This document shows, in pieces, positions 1 through 8,687 of a stretch of 64,000 bases of DNA. This DNA comes from Candidatus Peregrinibacteria bacterium (lineage in GTDB: Bacteria > Patescibacteriota > Gracilibacteria > UM-FILTER-43-11), in contig CP064978.1 of assembly GCA_016699515.1 (NCBI GenBank), positions 892,359 through 956,358 of the forward strand, given 5' to 3'. The notes under the pieces were generated by a model, which was given only the letters and a program-made list of their open reading frames with translations, searched no databases and had not been told where the DNA came from. The position numbers and the translations under genes were made by a program. How positions within the stretch are numbered: the first letter of the stretch is position 1; each line of letters opens with the position of its first letter.

Positions 1-1069
1 ACTCATTGCGTCGATCGATAAGGATCTTCAATATGTTTGACCGCCTTGGCATTGATTCGGAACTACTCAAACGTCAACAAATCACGCAGCAAGAGGGATT
101 TTGGAATGATCCCAAGGTTGCGGAGGCCGTTTTGAAAGAGTTGAAATATTGGACTCACCTGCAGGAAACTTGGGGGGACATCCGACAAAAAAACTTGATG
201 CGGTTTTGTTTTCCGAAATGATTGATCAAAATAAAGCCGATGAATTGGCCTCGCTCGAAGCGGAATTGACCGCCCTTCATCGGATTCACCAAAAGGCTCA
301 TGTGGAGCTATTTTTGGATGGTCCTTACGATCAAAATGACGCCATTGTGGTTATTTCGGCCGGAACCGGAGGCGTGGACGCTCAGGATTGGGCTGAAATG
401 CTGCTGCGCATGTATGTGCGTTATGCAGAAAAGAAAGAGTTTGGTGTTCTGATTCACGAAAAAACCGTCGCAGCGGAGGCGGGCATTAAAAGTGCCACTT
501 TGGAAATCAAAGGGTTGATGGCGTATGGTTATTTGAAAGGTGAACACGGGGTGCACCGCCTGGTTAGACTTTCGCCTTTTAACGCCAAAAACCTTCGTCA
601 AACTTCGTTTGCCTTGGTGGAGGTATTGCCGGTTTTAAAACAAAACGAAGGCATTGAAATTCATGAAAGCGATCTGCGCATTGATACGTATCGCGCCAGC
701 GGCGCGGGTGGACAGCATGTAAACACTACCGATTCCGCTGTTCGCATCACTCACTTACCCACGGGCCTGGTGGTAGCGTGCCAAAATGAGCGTTCTCAAA
801 TTCAAAATCGGGCCCAGGCCATGCAGGAACTGCGCGCTCGATTGATGAAGCGCATGGAAGAAGAACAAAAAGAAAAAGTGGAAGAGTTAAAAGGCGGCTT
901 TAAAGAAGCGGCTTGGGGTAATCAAATTCGTTCGTATGTATTCCAACCCTACACCATGGTGAAAGATCATCGTACTCACGCCGAAACCAGCCAGGTGCAA
1001 ACGGTGATGGACGGAGATATTGATCTTTTTATTGAAGCTTTTTTGTTATCGGACGTAAAAGCCAGTTAA
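1..1069 (+). CDS. prfB: Peptide chain release factor 2 (5'-partial, two frame changes)
   Basis: ORFs 6..221 and 149..1069 together read as RF2: FWNDP region, SPF tripeptide (RLSPFNAKN) and GGQ (SGAGGQHVN). Frame 2..37 ends at in-frame TGA 38..40, the position of the canonical RF2 +1 site. There is a second frame change in the A7 run 187..193. Confidence 0.9.
32..41 (+). promoter_or_regulatory. Candidate programmed +1 frameshift site of prfB (TAT GTT TGA C)
   Basis: The upstream frame reads ..DKDLQYV then TGA. The +1 frame continues DRLGIDSELL... with the same 22-residue spacing to the W-N-(D/E)-P motif as I recall for E. coli RF2 (YL*DYDAKK...). Confidence 0.55.
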
Positions 1070-1164
1070 GCCTTCGTTTCCTCAGTGGGTAGGAAAGGTA
1101 TTGTTAATTTAAATAAGGTGTACACTTTAATCAGTTTACAATTTAGTTATTTAATAACAATTCT

Positions 1165-1425
1165 ATGCAAAAAAGGACTTATTCAAAAAATGAAGCCCAG
1201 GACGTAGCTTCTAAGATCGGCATTAATTGGGATGGAGTCACTTTTGATCTTGAGCAATTTACGGCAGGGATGAATGTGGAAGCCGAACACGGAGTACATG
1301 ATTCCGAAACCAATGTGACCAATGATGACCCTATCATTACTGGCAAAATTGCTTGGGCACATCTTAAAGAGATTAGTGACTATTATGATCGTTTAGAAAT
1401 AATGGAGAAAGGAGCGGAAAATTAG
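1165..1425 (+). CDS. Small hypothetical protein (86 aa)
   Basis: Clean ORF with ATG start in an otherwise non-coding gap. No motif I can name with certainty. Confidence 0.5.
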   Translation: MQKRTYSKNEAQDVASKIGINWDGVTFDLEQFTAGMNVEAEHGVHDSETNVTNDDPIITGKIAWAHLKEISDYYDRLEIMEKGAEN

Positions 1426-1562
1426 TCTATCTGGCACTCCATCCAAACCCCTCTATTTTTTCAACACCAAATATTGCAAATTGAATTAGGCACTTTCAGA
1501 TGCCTTTTCAAAATACCTAAATCAAACTCATTTCTCCTTTATTATGGATTGATAAGTTTCTT

Positions 1563-1649
1563 TGGTGCCGAAGAGAGGACTTGAACCTCCACGGGACGAA
1601 TCCCACAGCGCCCTGAACGCTGCGTGTCTACCAATTCCACCACTTCGGC
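1563..1649 (-). tRNA. tRNA-Leu (anticodon CAG), type II long variable arm, CCA encoded
   Basis: Reverse complement is GCCGAAG..CTTCGGC-A-CCA. The acceptor stem is 7 bp, the anticodon loop TTCAGGG, the T loop TTCAAGT, and there is a long variable arm. Confidence 0.9.
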
Positions 1650-1721
1650 TTTGCTTTCGCATTTTAAATCATCTGAGCCCATTTTCAAGCCGAATCTATT
1701 CCTAAGCATCGAATCGATTTT

Positions 1722-2216
1722 TTAAATAATCGGATGGCTGAGATTCCTTAAAAGATTTTCGTAGTCGTCGGGATGGATTCGATCGACAAACAACATTCCG
1801 TTCAGATGGTCCAGTTCGTGCTGAATGATCCTGGCGTTAAATCCGGTTAATTTCATGGTTTTTTTCGTGCCCCATTTCGTCTAAATACTGAAGGGTTACT
1901 TCTTTGTAGCGGGGCGTATTGGCCCATTTTCCGGGCAAACTCAAACACCCCTCTTCCATTTCGATGGTTTCACCCACTGAGTAAGAAATAATTTCGGGGT
2001 TCACCATGGCCACCACCCGCTCTTGATCGAGCAATGCCAAAAAAATGCGCTCGTTCACTCCTACTTGAGGCGCAGCAATCCCCACTCCTTTTGCTTTGAA
2101 CATGGTGTCTTCCATATCGCGCAAGAACTTCATCGTTTTTTTGGTGATGGTTTTAACGGACTTGGAGGGGTTCTTAGTACGATGTCTTTTCTGCCTTTTA
2201 CAATAGGAATCAGCAT
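1722..2216 (-). CDS. def: Peptide deformylase (two frame breaks)
   Basis: [18 protein letters not shown] and, in another frame, QHELDHLNG motifs. N-terminus [17 protein letters not shown] lies in a third frame. Breaks are at T7 1859..1865 and G4 2167..2170. Confidence 0.85.
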
Positions 2217-2271
2217 GGATGAAATTAATGACACGTTTAAAATACACAAATATTTCCGCAGCAGGCAAGGG

Positions 2272-2970
2272 CTAATCGAGTTTTTGTCCGATCGGTTTAT
2301 TTGCCTTTGCCACTATTTCCACCTGAGCACTTAAGGGCAATTGATTGACGACTTCCCATTCTACAGTGGGCGTTTGATCACCCCATGCCTCGTTCAATGC
2401 AGCTTCTGCATCTGCTCGATTGACGCTCTTTGGAATATAGACCTGCAATGTATGAACGGAAGCTAGCCCTAATTCAGCCGCCAGAAGCGCCGCACGAATG
2501 TTTTGAATGGTTTGCCGCATTTCAGCCTCCAATCCCCCCTCGACCAAAGCGGGTCTTTCTGATTTAGGATTTAGCCCCACCTGCCCCGACAAATACACCG
2601 GAACTGAATCACTTTCGTCGCCCGCGTTCGTATCATCCCATACGATTACCTGCATGGTCAGATCACCTTGCTCGGGTGCCAAGGCCAAGCGGGCCGGTTT
2701 GTGATCACTAAAGACTTCTGCGTATTTTGCATTCATGGCTGGGTAGCCGCTAATGTCGGGCAAACCCACTTTTACCATTGCCACACGGCTAAGATCTATC
2801 TGTTTTTTTATTTGTTCTAATATTTCAGCAGTTGCTGTGGCAATGTCGGGGTTTGAGGATTCAAAAGTATATGTGCGCTCTTGACCCGGCTTATTCGGGA
2901 CCAAGCCTAACGAATAAGGCCCAACCGCTGCGGGCGCTTCCGTTGAAGTTAAATATCTGAATGTCTCCAT
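2272..2970 (-). CDS. RidA/YjgF-family protein with two RidA-like halves
   Basis: APAAVGPYS motif at the N-terminus. The second half has VYLSGQVGLNP and a RidA-like C-terminal pattern. Confidence 0.6.
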   Translation of the reverse strand: METFRYLTSTEAPAAVGPYSLGLVPNKPGQERTYTFESSNPDIATATAEILEQIKKQIDLSRVAMVKVGLPDISGYPAMNAKYAEVFSDHKPARLALAPEQGDLTMQVIVWDDTNAGDESDSVPVYLSGQVGLNPKSERPALVEGGLEAEMRQTIQNIRAALLAAELGLASVHTLQVYIPKSVNRADAEAALNEAWGDQTPTVEWEVVNQLPLSAQVEIVAKANKPIGQKLD

Positions 2971-3227
2971 GGGGCATTGGTTAACTTATTTGGAGCGCAT
3001 GTTAGTGTTTTTAGGTAGATTTGTCAACCAAGGCCTTTACAAATAGGGTGTGGAACTTTACAATAGCGCCGCCTTAAAAAGCAGCGAGTGAGTGTTTGAA
3101 CTCAAGCCCGGGTGCAAACCTGCGAGCGAAGCGTTTCGGAGCGAAGGCCTCCGAGGCAACGAGGAAACGAAGCGGAGAACAAACATTTGAAAATTGGAGG
3201 AAACAATTTTAAAATGTTTGAGCTTAT

Positions 3228-3312
3228 GCCCGGGTGGTGGAATTGGTAGACACGCTGGTCTTAGGAACCAGTGCAGCAATGCGTGAAGGTTCGAGTCCTT
3301 TCCCGGGCACCA
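3228..3312 (+). tRNA. tRNA-Leu (anticodon TAG), long variable arm, CCA encoded
   Basis: GCCCGGG..CCCGGGC-A-CCA acceptor stem, anticodon loop CTTAGGA, T loop TTCGAGT. Confidence 0.9.
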
Positions 3313-3356
3313 TTACAAAAAATCAATCTTTCGAGGTCAGACGCACGGAAGATTTT

Positions 3357-3576
3357 TTATTTTTTAAATTTTACCCACGTACCAACTCCTATCGCTTGAA
3401 TAACCACCAACCCCACCATTAAATAGAGTGTGAAGTAGGGGCTATTGAGCCATTCATTGACTTTGTTCCCAATAAAATACGCTGGTAGGCCAAATAATAG
3501 GAGTTCCCGATTGGTCCAGGGCCAAGAGTATAAAGATCCCCAAATAACCGTAATTGGAAATTAATTCACTCATCAT
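3357..3576 (-). CDS. Small DedA-like membrane protein fragment (frame-broken, each piece under 60 aa)
   Basis: My own translation gives MMSELISNYGYLGIFILLALDQSGTPI..., then in another frame ..YFIGNKVNEWLNSPYFTLYLMVGLVVIQAIGVGTWVKFKK. Confidence 0.3.
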
Positions 3577-3635
3577 TCCCTGTTACCTTAACGCATTTTG
3601 TGCTATTTTGTGAGTGATTTTTATAACAAAATATT

Positions 3636-4805
3636 ATGAAAAAACTCATTTCACTTTTTGCCCTGGTAGCTCTTTTGGTTCCTATGGTGGCTTTGGGAGC
3701 AGATTTTCGAGCAGAAGAAGATTTGAAAGTTGATCAGCCAATCCCCGAGGATCTTTACGCCGCGGGTGGCAGTATTCATTTAAACAATGGAATTGACGGT
3801 GATGCTTCTTTGGCGGGCGGTCAAATTATGATCGATAGTGTGATTCGGCAAGATCTGAATGTGGCAGGTGGTCGTATTGATTTTAACGGCCAAGTTGAAG
3901 GTGATGCCCGTCTTACCGGCGGGGAAGTTTTTATTAATGGAACCATTCAGGAGGACCTGATTATTGCAGCCGGTCAGGTTAAAATCACCGCAAACTCGGT
4001 GATTGGAGAAGATTTGGTTTTGGGAGCCGGAAGTCTTGTTTTGGACGGTGTGGTGAATGGGGATGTATTTGGGGGGGCGGGCGAACTAAAAATCAACGGT
4101 ACGGTACGGGGAAATGTTAAATTAATGAGCGTTGATCAACTTTCCTTTGGGCCTAATGGTCGTGTTGAAGGAGATTTGAGTTATCGTGCTTCTAAAGAAC
4201 AGCTGGGCTTTAATGAAAAAGTTGGCGGCACTATTCAATTTGAGCCATCTGTTTGGGGGGATCGTGGCGATTCCACCCACTCTGGTTCCACTTTTACTGT
4301 TCACTCATTTAACTGGTTTCGATTGCTAAGCCTACTCTTCGTTGGATTCTTCTTTCTTTGGTTTTTGCGTCATTATGCAGCCGGGGGAACGGCAAAACTT
4401 AAGGAGCGCCCTTTTTTCAGTTTTTTGATTGGTTTTTTGATTGTATTTGTCACGCCTGTACTGGCCGGGTTTTTTGCCATCACACTCATTGGCCTTCCGG
4501 CAGCTTATTTAATTCTATTAACCTGGCTGATGGCACTTTATGTTGTAAAATTAGCGGCTGCTACCGCTATTGGCTTTTTATTGGTCAAAACAAGTGCTAA
4601 AAAGGATTCTTTTGTGCGCGTTTATCTTTCTTATGCGTTGGGAGCGTTTCTATTTACGCTACTGGCCATGTTGCCCGGTGCTATTGGCTGGTCGCTTCAA
4701 TGGGCACTCGTCTTTGTGGCGATTGGAGGCTTTGCTATGTACGAGCTTGAGTTATTTACTTTCCTTCAAAAAAGATTTAATCTAGCGCATGCCCTACGCC
4801 ATTGA
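3636..4805 (+). CDS. Membrane protein with signal peptide, bactofilin-like beta-helical repeats and a multi-TM C-terminus
   Basis: N-terminal signal-like helix, repeated (D/E)L..AGG.I...G.I.GD units, and about 5 hydrophobic helices at the C-terminus. Confidence 0.6.
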   Translation: MKKLISLFALVALLVPMVALGADFRAEEDLKVDQPIPEDLYAAGGSIHLNNGIDGDASLAGGQIMIDSVIRQDLNVAGGRIDFNGQVEGDARLTGGEVFINGTIQEDLIIAAGQVKITANSVIGEDLVLGAGSLVLDGVVNGDVFGGAGELKINGTVRGNVKLMSVDQLSFGPNGRVEGDLSYRASKEQLGFNEKVGGTIQFEPSVWGDRGDSTHSGSTFTVHSFNWFRLLSLLFVGFFFLWFLRHYAAGGTAKLKERPFFSFLIGFLIVFVTPVLAGFFAITLIGLPAAYLILLTWLMALYVVKLAAATAIGFLLVKTSAKKDSFVRVYLSYALGAFLFTLLAMLPGAIGWSLQWALVFVAIGGFAMYELELFTFLQKRFNLAHALRH

Positions 4806-5580
4806 TACTCATTGCCATATTCATCTAATGCCAGAATCTGAGCGAAAGGCCGTGTTTGACCGTGCGCTTGCGGCCGGGGTTCAAAAACTGATCAATGTGG
4901 CCTGTAGCCTGGAAGACGTGGCCTTATGCCTGCCCATCACGGATCAGATGGACAATGTATGGACCAGTGTTGGCCTGCACCCGACTACCCTGGGTTATGA
5001 TTTGGAAAAGGATTTAGAACGGGTTTACGAAGTGGCTAAGGATGAGCGGAAAGTGGTGGGGATCGGTGAGATGGGGCTCGATTATTACCACAATAAATTC
5101 GACCGTGACACGCAGATTGATTATTTGGTGGGACACTTAAACATAGCCAAACAGCTGGATCTGCCCGCCATCATTCATTGTCGCGCGGGCAAAAATCCCG
5201 GAGAAAACGAATCGGCTTTTTTGGATCTGATTAAGGTGCTAAAAAAGGAACGGTTTTCACGAGCGCAAATTCACTGCTTTAGCGGGAATTTGCGCGAGGC
5301 TGATCAGCTTTTGGAGCTGGGTTGCTATCTTTCATTCACCGGAATTATCACCTATTCACGGAACGAGGAGCTTCGAGACATTGTAAAACGCACGCCGCTC
5401 GACCGCATGTTGATTGAAACCGATAGTCCGTATTTAACGCCCGACGGTCATCGTGGTAAACCTAATGAACCAGCCTATGTAATGGAAGTGGCCAAGACGA
5501 TCGCAACTGTAAAACAATTACCCCTTGAGCACGTTCTTTTGCAGACCAGTACGAATGCGGAGGGGTTTTTTAATATTTAG
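4789..5580 (+). CDS. tatD: TatD-family metal-dependent hydrolase
   Basis: IDTHCHI start, GEMGLDY, IIHCR and ETDSPYL motifs. Confidence 0.85.
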   Translation: MPYAIDTHCHIHLMPESERKAVFDRALAAGVQKLINVACSLEDVALCLPITDQMDNVWTSVGLHPTTLGYDLEKDLERVYEVAKDERKVVGIGEMGLDYYHNKFDRDTQIDYLVGHLNIAKQLDLPAIIHCRAGKNPGENESAFLDLIKVLKKERFSRAQIHCFSGNLREADQLLELGCYLSFTGIITYSRNEELRDIVKRTPLDRMLIETDSPYLTPDGHRGKPNEPAYVMEVAKTIATVKQLPLEHVLLQTSTNAEGFFNI

Positions 5581-5630
5581 GGTGTAGGGTGTAGGGCATA
5601 GTGAGTAGGGCATAGTGAGTAGGGCATAGT
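5581..5630. repeat. Left arm of inverted low-complexity repeat (word GTAGGGCATAGTGA)
   Basis: GGTGTAGGGTGTAGGGCATAGTGAGTAGGGCATAGTGAGTAGGGCATAGT, an imperfect reverse complement of 6027..6075. Confidence 0.8.
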
Positions 5631-5641
5631 TTTGGTTATGC

Positions 5642-6005
5642 CTAATATATTTTTTTGAGCATTGCATTTAGCATTCTCATGATTTCATCAAGTAGTTGCT
5701 CCGATTTAACAAAAAACCTTTCGTCAGACATACTTATTTTTGGCAATGATTATTTGAGTTTCCAGCTCTCCTCCGGATGCAAATGATACTTGCAAAAACT
5801 GCCTATACTGCCTAGTTGTCAGTCTTCTGTAACCTTCAGCTATATTTGACGGAATGGAAACTGAACATCGGCGCATCTGAGACACTAGGCCATACATTTC
5901 TGATTTCGGAAAATTCGCTGTTAACATGTAAATCTCCGAGACTAGTTCGATCGATTTTTGCCAAACAATCAGGCTCTTGTAACTTGAAAATTCACTCATA
6001 TACAA
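5642..6005 (-). CDS. Four-helix-bundle protein (23S rRNA intervening-sequence protein / Avd-like family), one frame break
   Basis: YKSLIVWQKSIELV..., RRCSVSIPSNIAEGY, GELETQIIIAK. The C-terminal SDERFFVKSEQLLDEIMRMLNAMLKKIY is in a second frame, with the break near 5727. Confidence 0.7.
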
Positions 6006-6026
6006 AAAAATAAATTATAAACAAAA

Positions 6027-6075
6027 CTATGCTCTACGAACCACACCCTATGCCCTACTCACTACACCCTACCCC
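6027..6075. repeat. Right arm of the inverted repeat pairing with 5581..5630
   Basis: CTATGCTCTACGAACCACACCCTATGCCCTACTCACTACACCCTACCC. It overlaps the last codons and stop of radA. Confidence 0.8.
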
Positions 6076-7403
6076 CTTATTAATTGCTTCTGCCACCGAC
6101 GATACTTGAGTGACCGATAATTTTGAATTCACCTTCATTGTAGGCATAAGGATTTTTTGAAAACCGAGCTGCTCGCATTCCTTGAGCCGTCTTTCGATCT
6201 GCATTACCGAGCGCACCTCGCCCGAAAGGCCAATTTCCCCCATCACCGCCAGATCGGATGGGAGGGGTTTTTTGAGTTTTGAGCTGGCGATTGCCAAGGC
6301 GACGGCTAGATCGACGGCGGGCTCGGAAAGCTTGAGGCCCCCCACTACATTTACGAACACGTCGGAACTGTCGAGTTTGATTTGGGCATAGCGCTCCAAC
6401 ACGGCCATAATAATATTGAGGCGATTGAGCTCAATTCCGCTGGCGGTACGCTTGGGGTAACCAAAGTGAGTGGCCGAGGTTAGTGCCTGCACTTCGACCA
6501 AAAACGTGCGCGTTCCTTCGAGTACCGGTACCACCACCGAGCCAATTGGGTTCTTAGGGCGTCCTTCCAAAAAGATGGCGGATGGGTTTTTCACACTGAT
6601 CATGCCCTCTTCTTTCATGTCAAATACTCCCACTTCGTCGACCGCACCGAAACGATTTTTGGTGGTGCGGAGCAAGCGGTAATGATGATGGGAATCCCCT
6701 TCTAAAAACAAAACCGTATCGACCAGATGGGTTAGCACTTGGGGGCCGGCCAAATTGCCGTCTTTGTTCACATGGCCAATCAGCAAAACGGGAATCCCTT
6801 GAGATTTGGCTAGCTGCATCAACTGTTCCGCCACGTAACGAACCTGAGAAATAGAACCCGCCTGACTTTCGATATTTTCGCTTTGCATCACCTGGACGGA
6901 ATCGACCACCACAAAGCCGGGTTTTTCGGATTGGATGGTGGCCAAGATCGATTCTAAATGATACGCGTTCATCACATGAATGCCTGACTTTAGCCCTAAT
7001 CTTCGCCCGCGCGAGGCGATTTGTTCGACCGATTCTTCGCCCGAAAAATAAAGCACTTTTCGATCGAGTTTGGCCAGTTCGTTGGCCACCTGGAGCGTGA
7101 GCGTTGATTTTCCGATTCCGGGCAAACCGGCCAGCAAGGTGATCGAGTCGGCCACCAGGCCCCGCCCACCGCCCGGTCGAATTCGTCAATGCCGGTGTTC
7201 AAGCGCTTTTTAGTGATTTCGATCGACTGAATGGTGACTTCGGGCTTCAAAGCCATTGCCGAAATCAGCGGTTTATCATTTTTACCCACATTCACCACAT
7301 CTTCCACCAAGGTGTTCCACTGCTTGCACCCCATACATTGCCCCGACCATCGCGAGGATTCTTGGCTACAATTACTGCAAACGTAGATTGATTTTAGTTT
7401 CAT
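6055..7403 (-). CDS. radA: DNA repair protein RadA (one frame break)
   Basis: N-terminal zinc ribbon CSNCSQ..CMGCKQWNT, Walker A GLPGIGKST and a Lon-like C-terminal domain. The break is in the C4 run 7160..7163; one extra base restores ..AVGGGLVADSITLLAG. Confidence 0.9.
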
Positions 7404-7408
7404 CCTTC

Positions 7409-7442
7409 TTAGTTAAGAGTTAATAATTGAGAGTTAAGAGTT
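7409..7442. repeat. Left arm of inverted repeat (word TAAGAGTTAA)
   Basis: TTAGTTAAGAGTTAATAATTGAGAGTTAAGAGTT. It pairs with 7779..7816 and encodes the C-terminus (..LNSQLLTLN) and stop of the enclosed gene. Confidence 0.8.
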
Positions 7443-7777
7443 GTTTTTTTGATTGCGCCCAGGATGCGTAAAAGCTCTTCGCAGTCTTTGATCAGTACCG
7501 TCACTTTATCCAGGGGTGCCAACTCGGAATCCCTAATCAACCTAAGCCAATAATGGGTTTCTCGAGTTTCTTTGTAAGAAATACATAATTTTGCAATGAA
7601 ATCTTTTCGTGATTGTCCACCAGCAGCCTCCTCTACGTTGGCTCCGATGGATGTACCCGACCTTAAAATCTGTTTTGCAATTATGTATTCTCGTTGCTGA
7701 TGAGCAAGATATTTGTAAAAAGATATTATTTTAAGTGCAAAAAAATAACTTTTTTCTTGAATAATGCTACGTTTCAT
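7409..7777 (-). CDS. Four-helix-bundle protein (23S rRNA IVS protein / Avd-like family)
   Basis: 122 aa with SGTSIGANVEEA and ETHYWLRL motifs typical of this family. Confidence 0.8.
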   Translation of the reverse strand: MKRSIIQEKSYFFALKIISFYKYLAHQQREYIIAKQILRSGTSIGANVEEAAGGQSRKDFIAKLCISYKETRETHYWLRLIRDSELAPLDKVTVLIKDCEELLRILGAIKKTTLNSQLLTLN

Positions 7778-7778
7778 T

Positions 7779-7816
7779 TTAATTCTTAATTATTAACTCT
7801 TAATTCTTAACTAAAG
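7779..7816. repeat. Right arm of inverted repeat pairing with 7409..7442
   Basis: TTAATTCTTAATTATTAACTCTTAATTCTTAACTAAAG. Confidence 0.8.
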
Positions 7817-7910
7817 TAAGTATAGTAAACATTCGTTCACCCGTCAACATTTTTCCTCTAGAATCTAAAATCTAAAATCTATACTCTAGGTAGGTCATTA
7901 AGATTATATT

Positions 7911-8687
7911 ATGAGCAGTACCGCCGACAAAATTAAATACATTGAGGAAAACTTAAGTAAGTTTTTGCACTCCATTAATTTCACCAAAGCGGTGGTGGGC
8001 TTAAGCGGGGGGGTCGATTCGGCCTTGGTGGCTAAACTGGCCGTGAATGTTTTGGGAAAGGAAAACGTAATGGCGATCCATATGCCGTATGATGGTCTAA
8101 CGGCCGATCAAAACACGAAGGACGCTGAGGATTGGGCGAAGGAATTGGGAATTTCGTTCGAAGTGATTGAGATCAATGCGTTCACCAAGCCTTTCGATTC
8201 ACTCCCTTGGAATGCCTCGGATTTGGCAAGCATGAATAGTAAGGCCCGGGTGCGTGCGAATATTTTGTATCATTACGCCAATTCGCACGATGCGATTGTA
8301 CTGGGAACGGGGAATAAAACCGAATCGATGCTGGGATACTGCACCAAATATGGCGACGGCGCCGTGGATGTGCAACCGATTGCGACGCTTTATAAAACCG
8401 AAGTGTGGGAGGCGGCCAAACTGCTCAACTTGCCCCGAGCGATCATCGAAAAAACCCCCACGGCGGAACTAGTAGCCGGGCAAACCGACGAAGGCGACAT
8501 AGGCATGAGCTACGCCGCAATGGACCGCATTTTGAAAGACTACGAACTGGGCAATGGTCCGATTACCGACGAAGAGATTTCGATTCACAAACGCATTCAA
8601 AACAATCGCCACAAAAGCGAAATGCCCCCGGTGATCGATTGTAAACCGTGGGAGGAGCCGAAAATGGGGTGTTGCGGGAATTGCTAA
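7911..8687 (+). CDS. nadE: NH3-dependent NAD+ synthetase
   Basis: GLSGGVDSALVA PP-loop, GTGNKTE and YGDG motifs. Confidence 0.85.
   Translation: MSSTADKIKYIEENLSKFLHSINFTKAVVGLSGGVDSALVAKLAVNVLGKENVMAIHMPYDGLTADQNTKDAEDWAKELGISFEVIEINAFTKPFDSLPWNASDLASMNSKARVRANILYHYANSHDAIVLGTGNKTESMLGYCTKYGDGAVDVQPIATLYKTEVWEAAKLLNLPRAIIEKTPTAELVAGQTDEGDIGMSYAAMDRILKDYELGNGPITDEEISIHKRIQNNRHKSEMPPVIDCKPWEEPKMGCCGNC

Noticed and set aside
6620-7189. 189-aa Arg/Gly-rich ORF on the minus strand overlapping radA in another frame.
   Set aside because: It lies entirely inside the well-supported radA reading frame. Its composition is typical of an off-frame translation of a GC-richer gene, and it has no motif.
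6055-7403. Intein or intron interrupting radA.
   Set aside because: The two fragments overlap and rejoin with a 1-nt correction. There is no extra sequence between the N-terminal and ATPase parts.
5581-7816. Hidden rRNA operon, suggested by the '23S rRNA intervening sequence protein' family name.
   Set aside because: The flanking sequence is protein-coding (tatD, radA, nadE). I saw no rRNA-like conserved stretches anywhere in the window.
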